Origin: Spirochaetota bacterium
GTDB taxonomy: Bacteria > Spirochaetota > UBA4802 > JAFGDQ01
NCBI GenBank assembly: GCA_043803405.1
Contig: JAZDKB010000036.1
Span: forward strand, 64,001-128,000
Reading direction: 5' to 3'
DNA length: 64,000 nucleotides
The notes under the pieces are model-generated. The model saw nothing but the letters and a program-made list of their open reading frames with translations. It did no database searches and was not told where the DNA came from. Both the position numbers and the translations under genes were made by a program. This document shows, piece after piece, positions 10,156-20,373 of this stretch. How positions within the stretch are numbered: the first letter of the stretch is position 1; the number at the start of each line of letters is the position of its first letter.

Positions 10156-11865
10156 ATGCTGACATTAAAAAATTTTGGGCAAGTTATAGATAAAACAATA
10201 CTTCAACGCGGCGAAGATTACTACCAATACGGATTCGTTACAGAACTCGAAGAAACAACAGCCGATTACTGGACTGCGACAGTACAGGGCACCGAGGATT
10301 ACACGGTAAAAGTAAGGATTAAGGAAGGCGAAATTGTTGAATCCTTATGCAACTGCCCATACGATATGGGCCCCGTATGCAAACACGAGGTGGCTGTATA
10401 TTACGCAATTAATGCGGCTAATGAAAATAACGTGATCGAATTTCCTGCTAAGAAAGCGGAACCAGATAGAAAAAGCAAATCTCTAAAGAAAAAGACGCCT
10501 ACGGTTTCAGAAAAAATTGACAGCGCTCTGAACAAAATACAGCCCGATGAGCTTAAAGCCTTTGTAAAAGAATACGCACTCGATGATAAATTTTTCAGGA
10601 ACGCGCTTTTCGTGCGTATGCCTGCGGACGATTCCGGAGTTTCGCTAAAAATGTACAAGGACATAATTAGATCGGCACTTAATTCGGGCAAAGACCGGCA
10701 CGGCTTCATTGATTATCGTCACGCGCCCGGAGCTACGAGGCCTGTTTATGATCTCATGACAAAAGCTGACAAATTTTTTGCGGACGGAAAATTTAGCCAG
10801 GTTATGGAGATATCAATAACCATTATACAGGAGATGGTAAAGGCTATACAGTTTATGGATGATTCGGACGGCATGGTGACCGAACTTGTAAACGGTTCCC
10901 TGGAATTACTGGAAAATTGTGCCACAGCTATTGCAGGCACGGACACAGGGAAAGAATTTTTCAATCTTTGTCTTAAAGAAGCGCGGAATAAAATTTATGA
11001 CGGCTGGGAATTCAAGTGGGACTTCGCACATATAGCCTCATTACTTATAAACAGTGAAAATGATATTGATGCGGTCTTTCAATTGCTGGATGAGCTTACA
11101 AAAAAAGAAAAAGTTTCCAATTATGATCTGGAATCAACTGCCTATATAAAGCTTGATATTATAAAAAAATGGTACCCTGGAGAAAGACTCGAACAATATA
11201 TTAATGACAACATGCAATACACAGAAATAAGAAAAGCTTCTATTGAACGGGCTATTAAAACCGCAAATTACAGCCTTGCTAAAAAACTTGCTTGCGAGGG
11301 AATAGAAAAAGATGAAGCCAAAGCCCCAGGGCTTGTAAAAATCTGGAAAAGATATCTTTTGACTGTCGCTGAAAAACTTAGCGATAAAAAGGATATTATT
11401 GAGAAAGCAACGGAGCTTTTTTATGATACAGGCGATTTCACATATTATAATATTTTAAAGGATCAGTATGCTCAAAAGGAATGGGAAAATGCTTTCCCGA
11501 TTCTTATTGATGATATAAAAAAGAATGCCCGTTATAGAGATACCATTTTTCCTTCAATATATATTCAGGAAGAGAAATGGAAAGATTTGCTTGAACATGT
11601 TGCACAAAACCAGAATAAATACATTCTGGAGTCCTGCCATAAATACCTTGCGAAGCTGTATCCTAAAGAGCTTTCACAATTTTACGAGAAGGCTGTACTT
11701 GAAGAATTGAAATTTACTGGCCGCAATCATTACCAGGAAGCTTGTAAAATGCTCAGGAAAATGAAAAAACTTGGAGCTTCGGCAAGGGTTGAAGAGCTCA
11801 AGCGTAATTTAAAAGAAGAATACAAAAACCGTCCGGCTTTGCTTGAAGAGCTTGCAGATATATAA
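10156..11865 (+). CDS. SWIM zinc-finger domain protein with helical C-terminal region
   Basis: ILQRGEDYY, ATVQGT, CNCPYDMGPVCKH (CxC-x7-CxH), C-terminal YKNRPALLEEL. Confidence 0.85.
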   Translation: MLTLKNFGQVIDKTILQRGEDYYQYGFVTELEETTADYWTATVQGTEDYTVKVRIKEGEIVESLCNCPYDMGPVCKHEVAVYYAINAANENNVIEFPAKKAEPDRKSKSLKKKTPTVSEKIDSALNKIQPDELKAFVKEYALDDKFFRNALFVRMPADDSGVSLKMYKDIIRSALNSGKDRHGFIDYRHAPGATRPVYDLMTKADKFFADGKFSQVMEISITIIQEMVKAIQFMDDSDGMVTELVNGSLELLENCATAIAGTDTGKEFFNLCLKEARNKIYDGWEFKWDFAHIASLLINSENDIDAVFQLLDELTKKEKVSNYDLESTAYIKLDIIKKWYPGERLEQYINDNMQYTEIRKASIERAIKTANYSLAKKLACEGIEKDEAKAPGLVKIWKRYLLTVAEKLSDKKDIIEKATELFYDTGDFTYYNILKDQYAQKEWENAFPILIDDIKKNARYRDTIFPSIYIQEEKWKDLLEHVAQNQNKYILESCHKYLAKLYPKELSQFYEKAVLEELKFTGRNHYQEACKMLRKMKKLGASARVEELKRNLKEEYKNRPALLEELADI

Positions 11866-11982
11866 TTATTAGTGCGTCTTAAAACATATAATCAGCTATG
11901 TTGTTTATCGAGACAATAGGTTCTATGATGCATTCTGAATCATAATTATTGTTACTTTGCTTTTAATAAAGGAAAAAGTATA

Positions 11983-12870
11983 ATGAAAAGAAAAACAAAT
12001 CCGCCTGAAGTAAATAATAAACTTTGTAATGGCTGCGGGTTGTGCATTGAGCAATGTCCGTCCTTTGTTCTTGAAATGAAGGCAAAGAAAGCATTTATCG
12101 AAAGAGGCGAATGGTGCATAGAATGCGGCCATTGCGCGGCAGTATGTCCCACAGGAGCAATGCTCTATAACGGGAAGGCTTTGCCTTTTCATCCTAAGAA
12201 AGGAAAGACTCCCGCGGTCAGCCCGGGTGCGCTGAATCTTTTACTGCGGGAAAGGCGCTCAGTAAGAAACTACAGCAGCAAGCCGGTAAGCGAAAAAGCG
12301 CTTCAAAATATTCTGGATGCAGGCAGGTGCGCTCCCACAGGCACAAACAGCCGCAATGTAAAATATATTATAATTGCGAATCCCGAACATATATCCGGGC
12401 TTCAGAAGATGGTGCTGGATTTTTACTCTAAAATATTTTCAAAAGCAAGGTCGCGGATAGGCAGGCTCTTCCTTATGGCTATTGTGGGCCGCAGGATCAC
12501 GGAGTACATCTGCGATTCGCTACCGAAAATGGAATACGCGAACAAAAGAATCGAAGAAGGAAAGGACCCGCTGTTCTACAATGCTCCGGCAATATTAATT
12601 GCACACGCTGAGTCGTGGGACACATGCTCTGCCTTTAACTGCTCCGTTGCAATGTACAACTGCTCGCTCATGGCGCATGCTATGGGGATCGGTTGCTGCT
12701 TCAACGGGTTTCTTGTCGCAGCAGCAAACAAGTCGGATGAAATCAGAAAGCGGCTCGGCATACCGGACAATCATCAGTGCTTTTCAGCAATGACGCTCGG
12801 GTACTCGAACCTTAAATACGTGCGCCTCATTGACCGCAAACCGGACGAATCCGATTTGCGGATTGTATAA
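11983..12870 (+). CDS. Ferredoxin-nitroreductase fusion protein
   Basis: CNGCGLCIEQCP and CIECGHCAAVCP, then RRSVRNY, APTGTN, AHAMGIGCC nitroreductase motifs. Confidence 0.9.
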   Translation: MKRKTNPPEVNNKLCNGCGLCIEQCPSFVLEMKAKKAFIERGEWCIECGHCAAVCPTGAMLYNGKALPFHPKKGKTPAVSPGALNLLLRERRSVRNYSSKPVSEKALQNILDAGRCAPTGTNSRNVKYIIIANPEHISGLQKMVLDFYSKIFSKARSRIGRLFLMAIVGRRITEYICDSLPKMEYANKRIEEGKDPLFYNAPAILIAHAESWDTCSAFNCSVAMYNCSLMAHAMGIGCCFNGFLVAAANKSDEIRKRLGIPDNHQCFSAMTLGYSNLKYVRLIDRKPDESDLRIV

Positions 12871-12913
12871 GAGTAGTGTGTTTGAATTTATTCGGCAAAT
12901 AAATTATACTTTT

Positions 12914-14218
12914 TTACCATATATCATAACCGGGTGAACAAACAGCTCCGCCGTTATTGTTATATGTGTCAAGATCAACTCTGTCAGTATCTTCCCAGTA
13001 ACAAGGTATTGCTTTTCCGTTGCTCATATAACATCCTGAAGTGTAGACTTTACCTCCGGAAACAATGATAGAGCTGGCGTATGCATTTTCGGTAGCGCTT
13101 CCGCCGCCTGTTAAATTAGTTCGCGATGTGCCTGCCCAGTAACAGGGTACGTCCTTAGTGCCATTGTTATAATAACCTGCGGTATAAACCGTCCCGTTAT
13201 ATACTGTAATTGCCATTGCGTCTCCCGGGCGACCTCCGGTAGGGAGAGGGGTTTGCGTTGAACCTGTCCAGTAGCAGGGTGTTGAAAAGTCTACATTGCC
13301 TGCGGTATAAACAGTGTCCTCATAAACAGTCAAACCATAGACAAAACCATCTAGATATTCGCTTATGTTTAAATCCATGCGCTGGCTATTTTCCCAGTAG
13401 CAAGGGATATAACATGAGGCGGAAGAATCTACGTAGAATCCGCCAACATAGATTTTCTGACTTACAAAAATACCGGTTACCGCAATTGAGGTTGCGTATG
13501 CGTTGTGGCCTGCAACACCGGTCAGGTCAGTACGCGATGTATCTGTCCAGTAGCATGGTACAAAAACACCACCGCTATCATAATAACCGGAGGTATATAC
13601 TACTGAAGGGAATGGGGGTATATTAGCATAAGCAACTGCGGTAGCATAGGCTGTGCTTGAAGCGCCTGCTGAAAGGTTTATGCGTTGCGTGCCTTTCCAG
13701 TAGCATGGCTTCTCGTCAGTGCCGTCCATATAGTAACCCGCGTAATACGCTGTCGTGCCTGAAACAATTACCGGAGAATATGCACACCCTTTGACGCTAT
13801 CCAGGGTTAAAAGTGCAGCTCCTCCCCAGAACCCCGGGTGCTCATCTGAACCGTCGCTGAAATCTCCGGCATTGTACAGAAAGGTTGTTACAACGCATGA
13901 ATCGCTGAACCCGCCGTCCTCGCTTGCGGCAGTAACAATAGTTGTCCCTGCAGTTACCGCGTACACCTTTCCGTTCGCGTCTACAGTGGCAATATCAGTA
14001 CTTTGTGAGTGCCATGTGACGTTCTGGTTTGCGCCCGCGGGCGTAACAGTCGCGGTAAGCTGGTCAAAACCGCCAAGCGGGATTGAGCACGCAGTCTCGC
14101 TCAGTGATACACTCTGTGCCGGCACACTGCCGGCGGAACTGTCGCTGCTGTCTTTGCTGCAGTTCAACAGAAATAACATATTAAAAACACACAAATAAAA
14201 CAACAAATACCGTTTCAT
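12914..14218 (-). CDS. Surface lipoprotein with Ig-like (Big_2) domain and repeat/beta-propeller region
   Basis: Lipobox LLNC, Ser linker, QLTATVTP..VTW.S...IATVDANGKV.AV..GT (Big_2), about five ~45-55 aa repeats Y-x-A/S-G-Y-Y...PCYW...R-x-x-L. Confidence 0.8.
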   Translation of the reverse strand: MKRYLLFYLCVFNMLFLLNCSKDSSDSSAGSVPAQSVSLSETACSIPLGGFDQLTATVTPAGANQNVTWHSQSTDIATVDANGKVYAVTAGTTIVTAASEDGGFSDSCVVTTFLYNAGDFSDGSDEHPGFWGGAALLTLDSVKGCAYSPVIVSGTTAYYAGYYMDGTDEKPCYWKGTQRINLSAGASSTAYATAVAYANIPPFPSVVYTSGYYDSGGVFVPCYWTDTSRTDLTGVAGHNAYATSIAVTGIFVSQKIYVGGFYVDSSASCYIPCYWENSQRMDLNISEYLDGFVYGLTVYEDTVYTAGNVDFSTPCYWTGSTQTPLPTGGRPGDAMAITVYNGTVYTAGYYNNGTKDVPCYWAGTSRTNLTGGGSATENAYASSIIVSGGKVYTSGCYMSNGKAIPCYWEDTDRVDLDTYNNNGGAVCSPGYDIW

Positions 14219-14387
14219 GGGATTTCCTCCGAATATATCATTATTTTTACATCATTTGAAAATAGCTTTAATTGGATGCGCTGACATCGGGGTAAATACT
14301 TGGATTTGAATTTTTTTAAGTAATAGTAAAAATGAAGATTTAATGGTACTTATCTTAAAAATAAAATTTCAAATGTATAGCTGATTA

Positions 14388-14513
14388 TAAATTAAAATAG
14401 ATTGCAAAATTTTTGAGGACGCCTTTCAGGCCTGAGGGAACTGCCCAAAAAAACGTAAAAACTAACACCGAAGGCCTGATTCCGCAAAAAATTTTGCAAT
14501 CTATTTTAATTTA
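14388..14513. repeat. Long intergenic inverted repeat (MITE-like hairpin)
   Basis: 27-bp perfect IR TAAATTAAAATAGATTGCAAAATTTTT, with an inner TCAGGCCT/AGGCCTGA pair. Confidence 0.75.
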
Positions 14514-14544
14514 ATAAATATAAAGCATAATTTCAGGACGCGCC

Positions 14545-15792
14545 CTAAATCAGATTATATTCGCGGGCTTTGTTAAGCAGCTCTATTTTATTGTTTATGT
14601 TGAGTTTATGATAAATATTATACAAATGGGTCTCAATAGTGCGCTCTGCAAGATTTAATTTCTTTCCGATTTCAATGTTGGATAAGCCGGTTAAGGACAG
14701 GGTGATTATGTCAAACTGCTTATGCGTAAGTTTATATTTTTTCCGGAATTCTTTTATCCCTTTATTTTCCCTGGATATAACCAGAATGCCGGTAAGGTCT
14801 CCGAAATTATCTGTTATTCCTGTAAAATACGAATCTGTAAATATGTTATCAGGCTTTGCCATATATTCAATTTTGCAATCAAAGCTCTTTATTTGCTTTT
14901 CAGCAAGGTTATGAAGCTCTATGTTTAAATAATTGTTTTCTGATACAATTTCAGAATAATTTTTATTCTTAAGAGCCTCTTTAGAGAGATTATTATCCAT
15001 TAACTCAATAAATTTATTGTTAGCTTCTATTATTCTGAAGTCCGGGCTCAGAAGGATCACAATCTCCTGTATATTAGAAATGATTTTATCTGCTGCCATG
15101 GACGGCTGGAACACAAGGAATTTGTATTTTACCATTGAATACCACAGGCCGGTAATATAAAAAAGCAGAATAGTCGGCCCTGAATTGGGCGGATCGTAAT
15201 ATTTTAACGCAGGGAAAACTATATCCAGCAGGCAGGCAACAGACATGGTTATGAAGTAAAAGATAAGGATCAATCCTGCCTGCTTTTTTATTTTCTGAAG
15301 TCTGGTGTTTTTTCTCCAGCTGGCCAGTAAATAGATTACAGTTCCGGCATTAATATTGATAATTATTATATAAAAGATAAATCCGAATGTATCAGGAGTT
15401 ATAATGAACTCCCATCTTCCTTCGTACAGGAAACAATCCGAATAAAGTGTTGAAGATGTTATTGTGATTATTGTAAGTATGACAGCCTGTAAATATATAA
15501 CAGGAATAAAACATTTGTTTAATTTCTTCCCTGTAAGCTCAAAAGTAAAATGCGTGTTCACGCTGAGAAACAGAAATACAAATGGTATCGATGCCTTGTA
15601 CCAGAAAAAAACATTATCCTTGTCATTGGAGGAATATGCAAAACTGGCAAACAAAGCCCAGATTGAAAATGTGAGACACAAAAGAAAGAACAGCCTGTGG
15701 GTTATGCTTTTATAATTGAATCTTAGAATATAAATTCCGAAATAAACGAAGCTTATAAATATAATGATATTTAAAAGTGAAAGTATATTCAT
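14545..15792 (-). CDS. One-component membrane regulator: 7TM (HisKA_7TM-like) + PAS + LuxR HTH
   Basis: About seven hydrophobic helices, PAS-like IISNIQEIVILLSPDFRIIEAN, C-terminal LTHKQFDI..GLSNIEIG..L..AERTIETHLYNIYHKL. Confidence 0.88.
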   Translation of the reverse strand: MNILSLLNIIIFISFVYFGIYILRFNYKSITHRLFFLLCLTFSIWALFASFAYSSNDKDNVFFWYKASIPFVFLFLSVNTHFTFELTGKKLNKCFIPVIYLQAVILTIITITSSTLYSDCFLYEGRWEFIITPDTFGFIFYIIIININAGTVIYLLASWRKNTRLQKIKKQAGLILIFYFITMSVACLLDIVFPALKYYDPPNSGPTILLFYITGLWYSMVKYKFLVFQPSMAADKIISNIQEIVILLSPDFRIIEANNKFIELMDNNLSKEALKNKNYSEIVSENNYLNIELHNLAEKQIKSFDCKIEYMAKPDNIFTDSYFTGITDNFGDLTGILVISRENKGIKEFRKKYKLTHKQFDIITLSLTGLSNIEIGKKLNLAERTIETHLYNIYHKLNINNKIELLNKAREYNLI

Positions 15793-15947
15793 TTTCTTTT
15801 TGATAATGAAATATGGAGTTTTTCAATTATTATCATTTTGTATTACATAAAATATTCAGATTTTTAGCCTTATTATTAAAAGTGCTGTTCAGAAAAAGGA
15901 TTTTCTATACAAAATACTAATTTTATGCAGATCCAGTATGGTTTTGC

Positions 15948-16079
15948 TGCTGCTTCACGGTCATTCTACCTTTGTCTCACGATCATAGTGATGCTATGAC
16001 CGTGAGGTAGAGTTGCTGCCTCACGGTCACTCTAATGCTACCTCAGTGAGGTAGTAATGCTTTCTCACTGAGGTTTTAT
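15948..16079. repeat. Six tandem 22-bp quasi-palindromic units
   Basis: Units start at 15948, 15970, 15992, 16014, 16036 and 16058; core CCTCACGGTCA or its reverse complement TGACCGTGAGG. Confidence 0.75.
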
Positions 16080-16204
16080 CCTTATATCCGTTATATTTAC
16101 TTGTTTTTATTCAGAATTCAGCCTTTTTTAGGTTGTATTTATTTAAAATATATTCATTTAAGATACTTAAATATATTAGTCAATGTAAATTCAGTTGTTA
16201 ATTA

Positions 16205-17677
16205 ATGAACGAATACAAAGAAAATAATGTCCTGATCATAGGCTCCGGCATTGGCGGGCTCTCGTGCGGTATAATTCTTTTAAAGCTCGGTTATAATGTA
16301 ACTGTAATCGAAAAAAACAAAGAGCCCGGCGGCATGATGCGCAGCTACAGGCGCCTCGGTATTGAATGCCCGGTCGGCGTGCACTACTTGGGATCGCTGG
16401 ATAACAACCAGGTTCTCCGCCGGATATTCGATTATCTTGGCGTTACATCAAAGATTCAACTGGAACGAATGGGCGTTAATGCGCCAATAGACAAATACAT
16501 TTTCGACGACTTTGCATTTGATCTGCCTTCAGGAATAGACGAGTACGAAAATGCTCTGCTGGAAAAGTTTCCTGATGACAGGAAAGCGATTATAGAAATA
16601 ATGAGCGGCGTAAGAAAGATCGCGTCCATAATGCAAACCCTCGAGTTTATTTCAGGAAGCAGCAATGAGTCTTCAATATTTACATCGTTCGAGTTTTTCG
16701 ATTCAATGGGCGATCTTGTTTCAAAACTAAACTGCTCCAGGAACCTGTGCAGCGTGCTCGAAGTCCCTTGCACATGGATAGGCCTTTCATTAAAAGAGTG
16801 CCCTGTGTTTTATCATTATAATGTTCTTTCGTCTTACCTGTTTTCAGCATGGAGACTTAAATGCAGCGGAGCTGATATGGCAAATGCGTTCGCCGGCAGG
16901 TTTAAAGAGCTTGGAGGAAAAATAATTCTCGGAGATATGGTCGAGAAGATTCTTACAAAGGACCGCGTTGCTGAAGGTATAAGGCTTAAATCCGGACTGG
17001 AGATGAAAAGCAGTATTATTATCGCAGCTGTGCATCCGAAAACAATGCTCGCAATTTTACAGGAGGGATCTGTCAAGCCTGCTTATTCGAAAAGAATAAG
17101 CCAGATTGAAGATACGGACGGAATGTTTTCGGTTCAGCTTGGAGTGGACTCGAAAGCCAGCGAAGAACTGCCTTATAATATCTTCAGGCTGAGAGCGAAT
17201 AAAGAGGGCTCATTATCAAAAGGAGCTTTTTTTCAGCTTAGGAAATCCGAAAAGCCGGATATGAATCTCTTAACTATTATTTCGACCAGTAAATATTCTG
17301 AATGGCAAAAATGGGAAACCACTATAAGCGGAAAAAGAGGGAATGACTATCTTGATAAAAAAGGAATAATAGCTGAAGAATTAATAAACATTGCATCCGG
17401 TTGCATCGGCCCGTTTAAGGGGCAGAAAATTCTGGATACTTACTCGCCGCTCACTATACGGGACTGGGCAGCAAGCCCGTGCGGTTCGGCGTACGGCGTT
17501 CTGCGCTCCAAGGAACAGCTTTTAAAAACAGCGCTTCTTAACAGGACTTCTGTTAAGGGGCTATATCTTGCAGGCCAAAGCGTTCTTGCTCCCGGCATTC
17601 TTGGAACAGCGCTCGGGTCACTGGTGACTGTAAAAGACATAGTAGGAAGCGAGGCATTTAAAGCAGTTATTTTATGA
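16205..17677 (+). CDS. Phytoene desaturase/retinol saturase-like FAD-dependent oxidoreductase
   Basis: IIGSGIGGL Rossmann motif, EKNKEPGG, GVHYLG, SPLT..DW....GSAYG, GLYLAGQ....PGILG. Confidence 0.88.
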   Translation: MNEYKENNVLIIGSGIGGLSCGIILLKLGYNVTVIEKNKEPGGMMRSYRRLGIECPVGVHYLGSLDNNQVLRRIFDYLGVTSKIQLERMGVNAPIDKYIFDDFAFDLPSGIDEYENALLEKFPDDRKAIIEIMSGVRKIASIMQTLEFISGSSNESSIFTSFEFFDSMGDLVSKLNCSRNLCSVLEVPCTWIGLSLKECPVFYHYNVLSSYLFSAWRLKCSGADMANAFAGRFKELGGKIILGDMVEKILTKDRVAEGIRLKSGLEMKSSIIIAAVHPKTMLAILQEGSVKPAYSKRISQIEDTDGMFSVQLGVDSKASEELPYNIFRLRANKEGSLSKGAFFQLRKSEKPDMNLLTIISTSKYSEWQKWETTISGKRGNDYLDKKGIIAEELINIASGCIGPFKGQKILDTYSPLTIRDWAASPCGSAYGVLRSKEQLLKTALLNRTSVKGLYLAGQSVLAPGILGTALGSLVTVKDIVGSEAFKAVIL

Positions 17678-19023
17678 AAATCCTTCTTATATCCGCAAAT
17701 AAACTAAAAAGCCCGTACCCTGTTTATCCGCTCGGACTAGACTATGTCTCTGGTTCTGTTTCGCAAAAACATATTGTAAAAATAATAGACCTTAATGAAT
17801 TTGAGGATATTAATTCAGCCGGCATTACAGTTAAAGACTTTCCTGCTGACATTATAGGAATATCCTTAAGGAACGTGGATAATACTGATACAGGTGACCT
17901 CAAATATTTTCTTGATCAATACAGGAATCTAATCAGCAGTATAAGAAAGAATTCAAAAGCATTGATTGTGCTTGGCGGCAGCGCGTTCACTATTTTTCCT
18001 TCGGAGTTTATGCAGGCTCTGGATGCGGACTATGGAATTATCGGAGAGGGTGAACGGTTCGGCTTTCTGGCAGATGCGCTGGAAGAAAAAAAAGATCCGC
18101 TTGAAATTCACGGCGTAATTGCAAAGAATTCGGTAGCGAAGATACCGCAGCCGTGGCCCGAATCAATAATAAGAAAATTTAATACGAATAATTCATATAT
18201 CAATTATTATCTTAACAAGGGCGGGATGCTCAATCTCCAGACAAAGAGAGGCTGCTCTTTTAAATGCATATACTGCACGTATCCGCATATTGAGGGGAGC
18301 AGCCTGAGGCTGTTCCCGCCAGGCGAGATCGCAAAGACTGCTCTGGAACTCGAAAAAGCAGGTGCTAAATACTTATTCATTACTGACTCTGCGTTTAACT
18401 GCAGCTATGCTCACAGCACGGAAGTGGCCAACGCATTTATAAAGGCAGGATTGTCCATTCCATGGGGCGCGTTCTTTGCCCCTACGCGCCCGCCTGCCGG
18501 TTATTATACCACGCTGGCAAAGGCAGGGCTTACGCACACGGAATTCGGCACTGAATCCATGTCGGATACCATGCTGCGAAGTTACAGGAAGCCTTTTAAT
18601 ACTGCGGACGTATTTCACGCTCACAAGCTTGCGCTCGATGCAGGGCTCCATGTTGCGCACTACTTTTTATTCGGAGGCCCGGGCGAGAACAGCGCGACCC
18701 TTGATGAGTCCCTAGCCAACATTGAAAGATTATCAAAGGCAGTGTTCTTCATGTTCTGCGGCATGAGGATTTATCCGCATACGGAGCTTTATGAGATCGC
18801 AAAAAAAGAAGGACAGTTAACAGAATCAATGTCATTGCTTGAACCGGTATTTTATAAATCAAATGCAATCTCTTCTGAAGATATAATAAAAGCAATAGAG
18901 GCCAGGGCAGGCGGCAGGCAGAACTGGGTAACAGGTTCGGGCAGCAAAAAAACATCCAGATTGATGAGCCGCATGTATAAGCACGGGCACACAGGCCCTT
19001 TATGGGAGCATTTGATACAATGA
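17674..19023 (+). CDS. Cobalamin-binding radical SAM protein (lipid-biosynthesis/ladderane-candidate type)
   Basis: PYPVYPLGL, GISLRNVDN, VLGGSAF, GEGE B12-binding region; QTKRGCSFKCIYC (CxxxCxxC); FGGPGE; RIYPHT. Confidence 0.9.
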   Translation: MKILLISANKLKSPYPVYPLGLDYVSGSVSQKHIVKIIDLNEFEDINSAGITVKDFPADIIGISLRNVDNTDTGDLKYFLDQYRNLISSIRKNSKALIVLGGSAFTIFPSEFMQALDADYGIIGEGERFGFLADALEEKKDPLEIHGVIAKNSVAKIPQPWPESIIRKFNTNNSYINYYLNKGGMLNLQTKRGCSFKCIYCTYPHIEGSSLRLFPPGEIAKTALELEKAGAKYLFITDSAFNCSYAHSTEVANAFIKAGLSIPWGAFFAPTRPPAGYYTTLAKAGLTHTEFGTESMSDTMLRSYRKPFNTADVFHAHKLALDAGLHVAHYFLFGGPGENSATLDESLANIERLSKAVFFMFCGMRIYPHTELYEIAKKEGQLTESMSLLEPVFYKSNAISSEDIIKAIEARAGGRQNWVTGSGSKKTSRLMSRMYKHGHTGPLWEHLIQ

Positions 19024-19817
19024 AGAAGCGGGATAACTTTACGTTTACTCCTTTTCACATTACAGGCATAATCGCAATACTACTCTCGGTCGTTCTTTTA
19101 TTTAAGAGCGCTATGCTTGCGCTTGCTCCCCTGGCTGTTTTCGCTCTGATCTGCGCAGTGGCGCCGTTCATGACAGGTTTCGGCTTTTTTCTGCCTGTGA
19201 TAAGCCGCGGGCTAGCCGGCAAAAACGCTGTTGCTCTCACATTTGACGACGGGCCTTCGGACGACGTTACACCTGCTGTGCTGAAGCTGCTATCGAAATA
19301 TTCTGCCAAAGCGACCTTCTTCGTAACAGGCGAAAACGCGTCCCGGCATCCGGAAATAATCAGAAAAATTCTTAAACAGGGACATTTAATCGGCAATCAT
19401 TCGTTTAAGCACGATCCGCTGCTTATGCTTCGGACAAGAAAGACGCTCTTTAACGAAATAAGCGAATGCCAGAATATCTTACAAAAATTTAAAATAACGC
19501 CCTGTGCATTCAGACCGCCCGCGGGGATAACGAATCCGAGGCTGCGCGGTGTCCTGGCAGAACTCGGTTTATTCTGCGTAAACTGGAGCTGCAGGGGATT
19601 CGATGCAGGGAACAGAAACGTAAAAGGCCTTTCGGATAAGATCCTCAAAAAGGTTAAGCCGGGCGACATTATTCTGCTTCACGACGTCAATCCGGGCAGC
19701 AGTGACAGCGAAAAAAAAATACTTGCCGAGTTTGAAAAATTGCTGAAAGGCCTTAGAAATTCAGGGCTTAATATTGTTCCGCTGCCGGAACTTATCGAAA
19801 AAGATGTGATGAAATAG
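19020..19817 (+). CDS. Membrane-anchored polysaccharide deacetylase (NodB family)
   Basis: ALTFDDGP, ATFF, GNHSFKH, FRPPAG, IILLHD; two N-terminal TM helices. Start set at the ATGA overlap. Confidence 0.9.
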   Translation: MKKRDNFTFTPFHITGIIAILLSVVLLFKSAMLALAPLAVFALICAVAPFMTGFGFFLPVISRGLAGKNAVALTFDDGPSDDVTPAVLKLLSKYSAKATFFVTGENASRHPEIIRKILKQGHLIGNHSFKHDPLLMLRTRKTLFNEISECQNILQKFKITPCAFRPPAGITNPRLRGVLAELGLFCVNWSCRGFDAGNRNVKGLSDKILKKVKPGDIILLHDVNPGSSDSEKKILAEFEKLLKGLRNSGLNIVPLPELIEKDVMK

Positions 19818-19956
19818 GCTCTTGCATATAAAAGCAGGTATAGACTTGTCTTTTTTTTACTTGACATTATTTGTTATGCGGAAATATTGTTAAGTTTACT
19901 TTTTATTGAACAAATTAAAAAATAATGTCATTTAATAGCCGGTTTAACAGTAAAGT

Positions 19957-20328
19957 ATGAATGACTGGTATTCGCTTTCAAATTTGCAATTAGACTCTGG
20001 GAAAAATATTTCAGCAAATGCCGTAGTGCCTGCAGATTCGCCATGGTTTTCCGGGCATTTTCCCGGACAGCCTATATTGCCGGGTATTGCAGAATTGTCG
20101 ATTGTTTTCGATTTACTAAAAAAAAATCATAATATTACTGGAAATAAGAATAATTTAATTATATTATCTTTAAAGAAGGTCAGGTTTAAAGTTCTCGTTA
20201 AACCGGAAGAATTGCTTAATATTAAAGTTATTCAGGTTGAGAATTCAGCAAATACCTATTCATTTAAAATAACTGCTGCTAATAAATTAACCTGTTCAGG
20301 CACTATCGCAGTAACAGAAACCAGCTAA
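19957..20328 (+). CDS. Hotdog-fold 3-hydroxyacyl-ACP dehydratase (FabA/FabZ/ApeI-like)
   Basis: SPWFSGHFPGQPILPGIAEL, VRFKVLVKP. Confidence 0.85.
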   Translation: MNDWYSLSNLQLDSGKNISANAVVPADSPWFSGHFPGQPILPGIAELSIVFDLLKKNHNITGNKNNLIILSLKKVRFKVLVKPEELLNIKVIQVENSANTYSFKITAANKLTCSGTIAVTETS

Positions 20329-20373
20329 AACATTTAAATGGCAGACCGATTTGTCCGAAATGGAGGAAAATTA

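Noticed and set aside
15948..16079. CRISPR array
   Set aside because: Units are contiguous with no unique spacers, are degenerate, and no cas genes are present.
16205..17677. Carotenoid (crtI) pathway
   Set aside because: No crtB/crtE nearby; the context is ACP-dependent fatty-acid genes.
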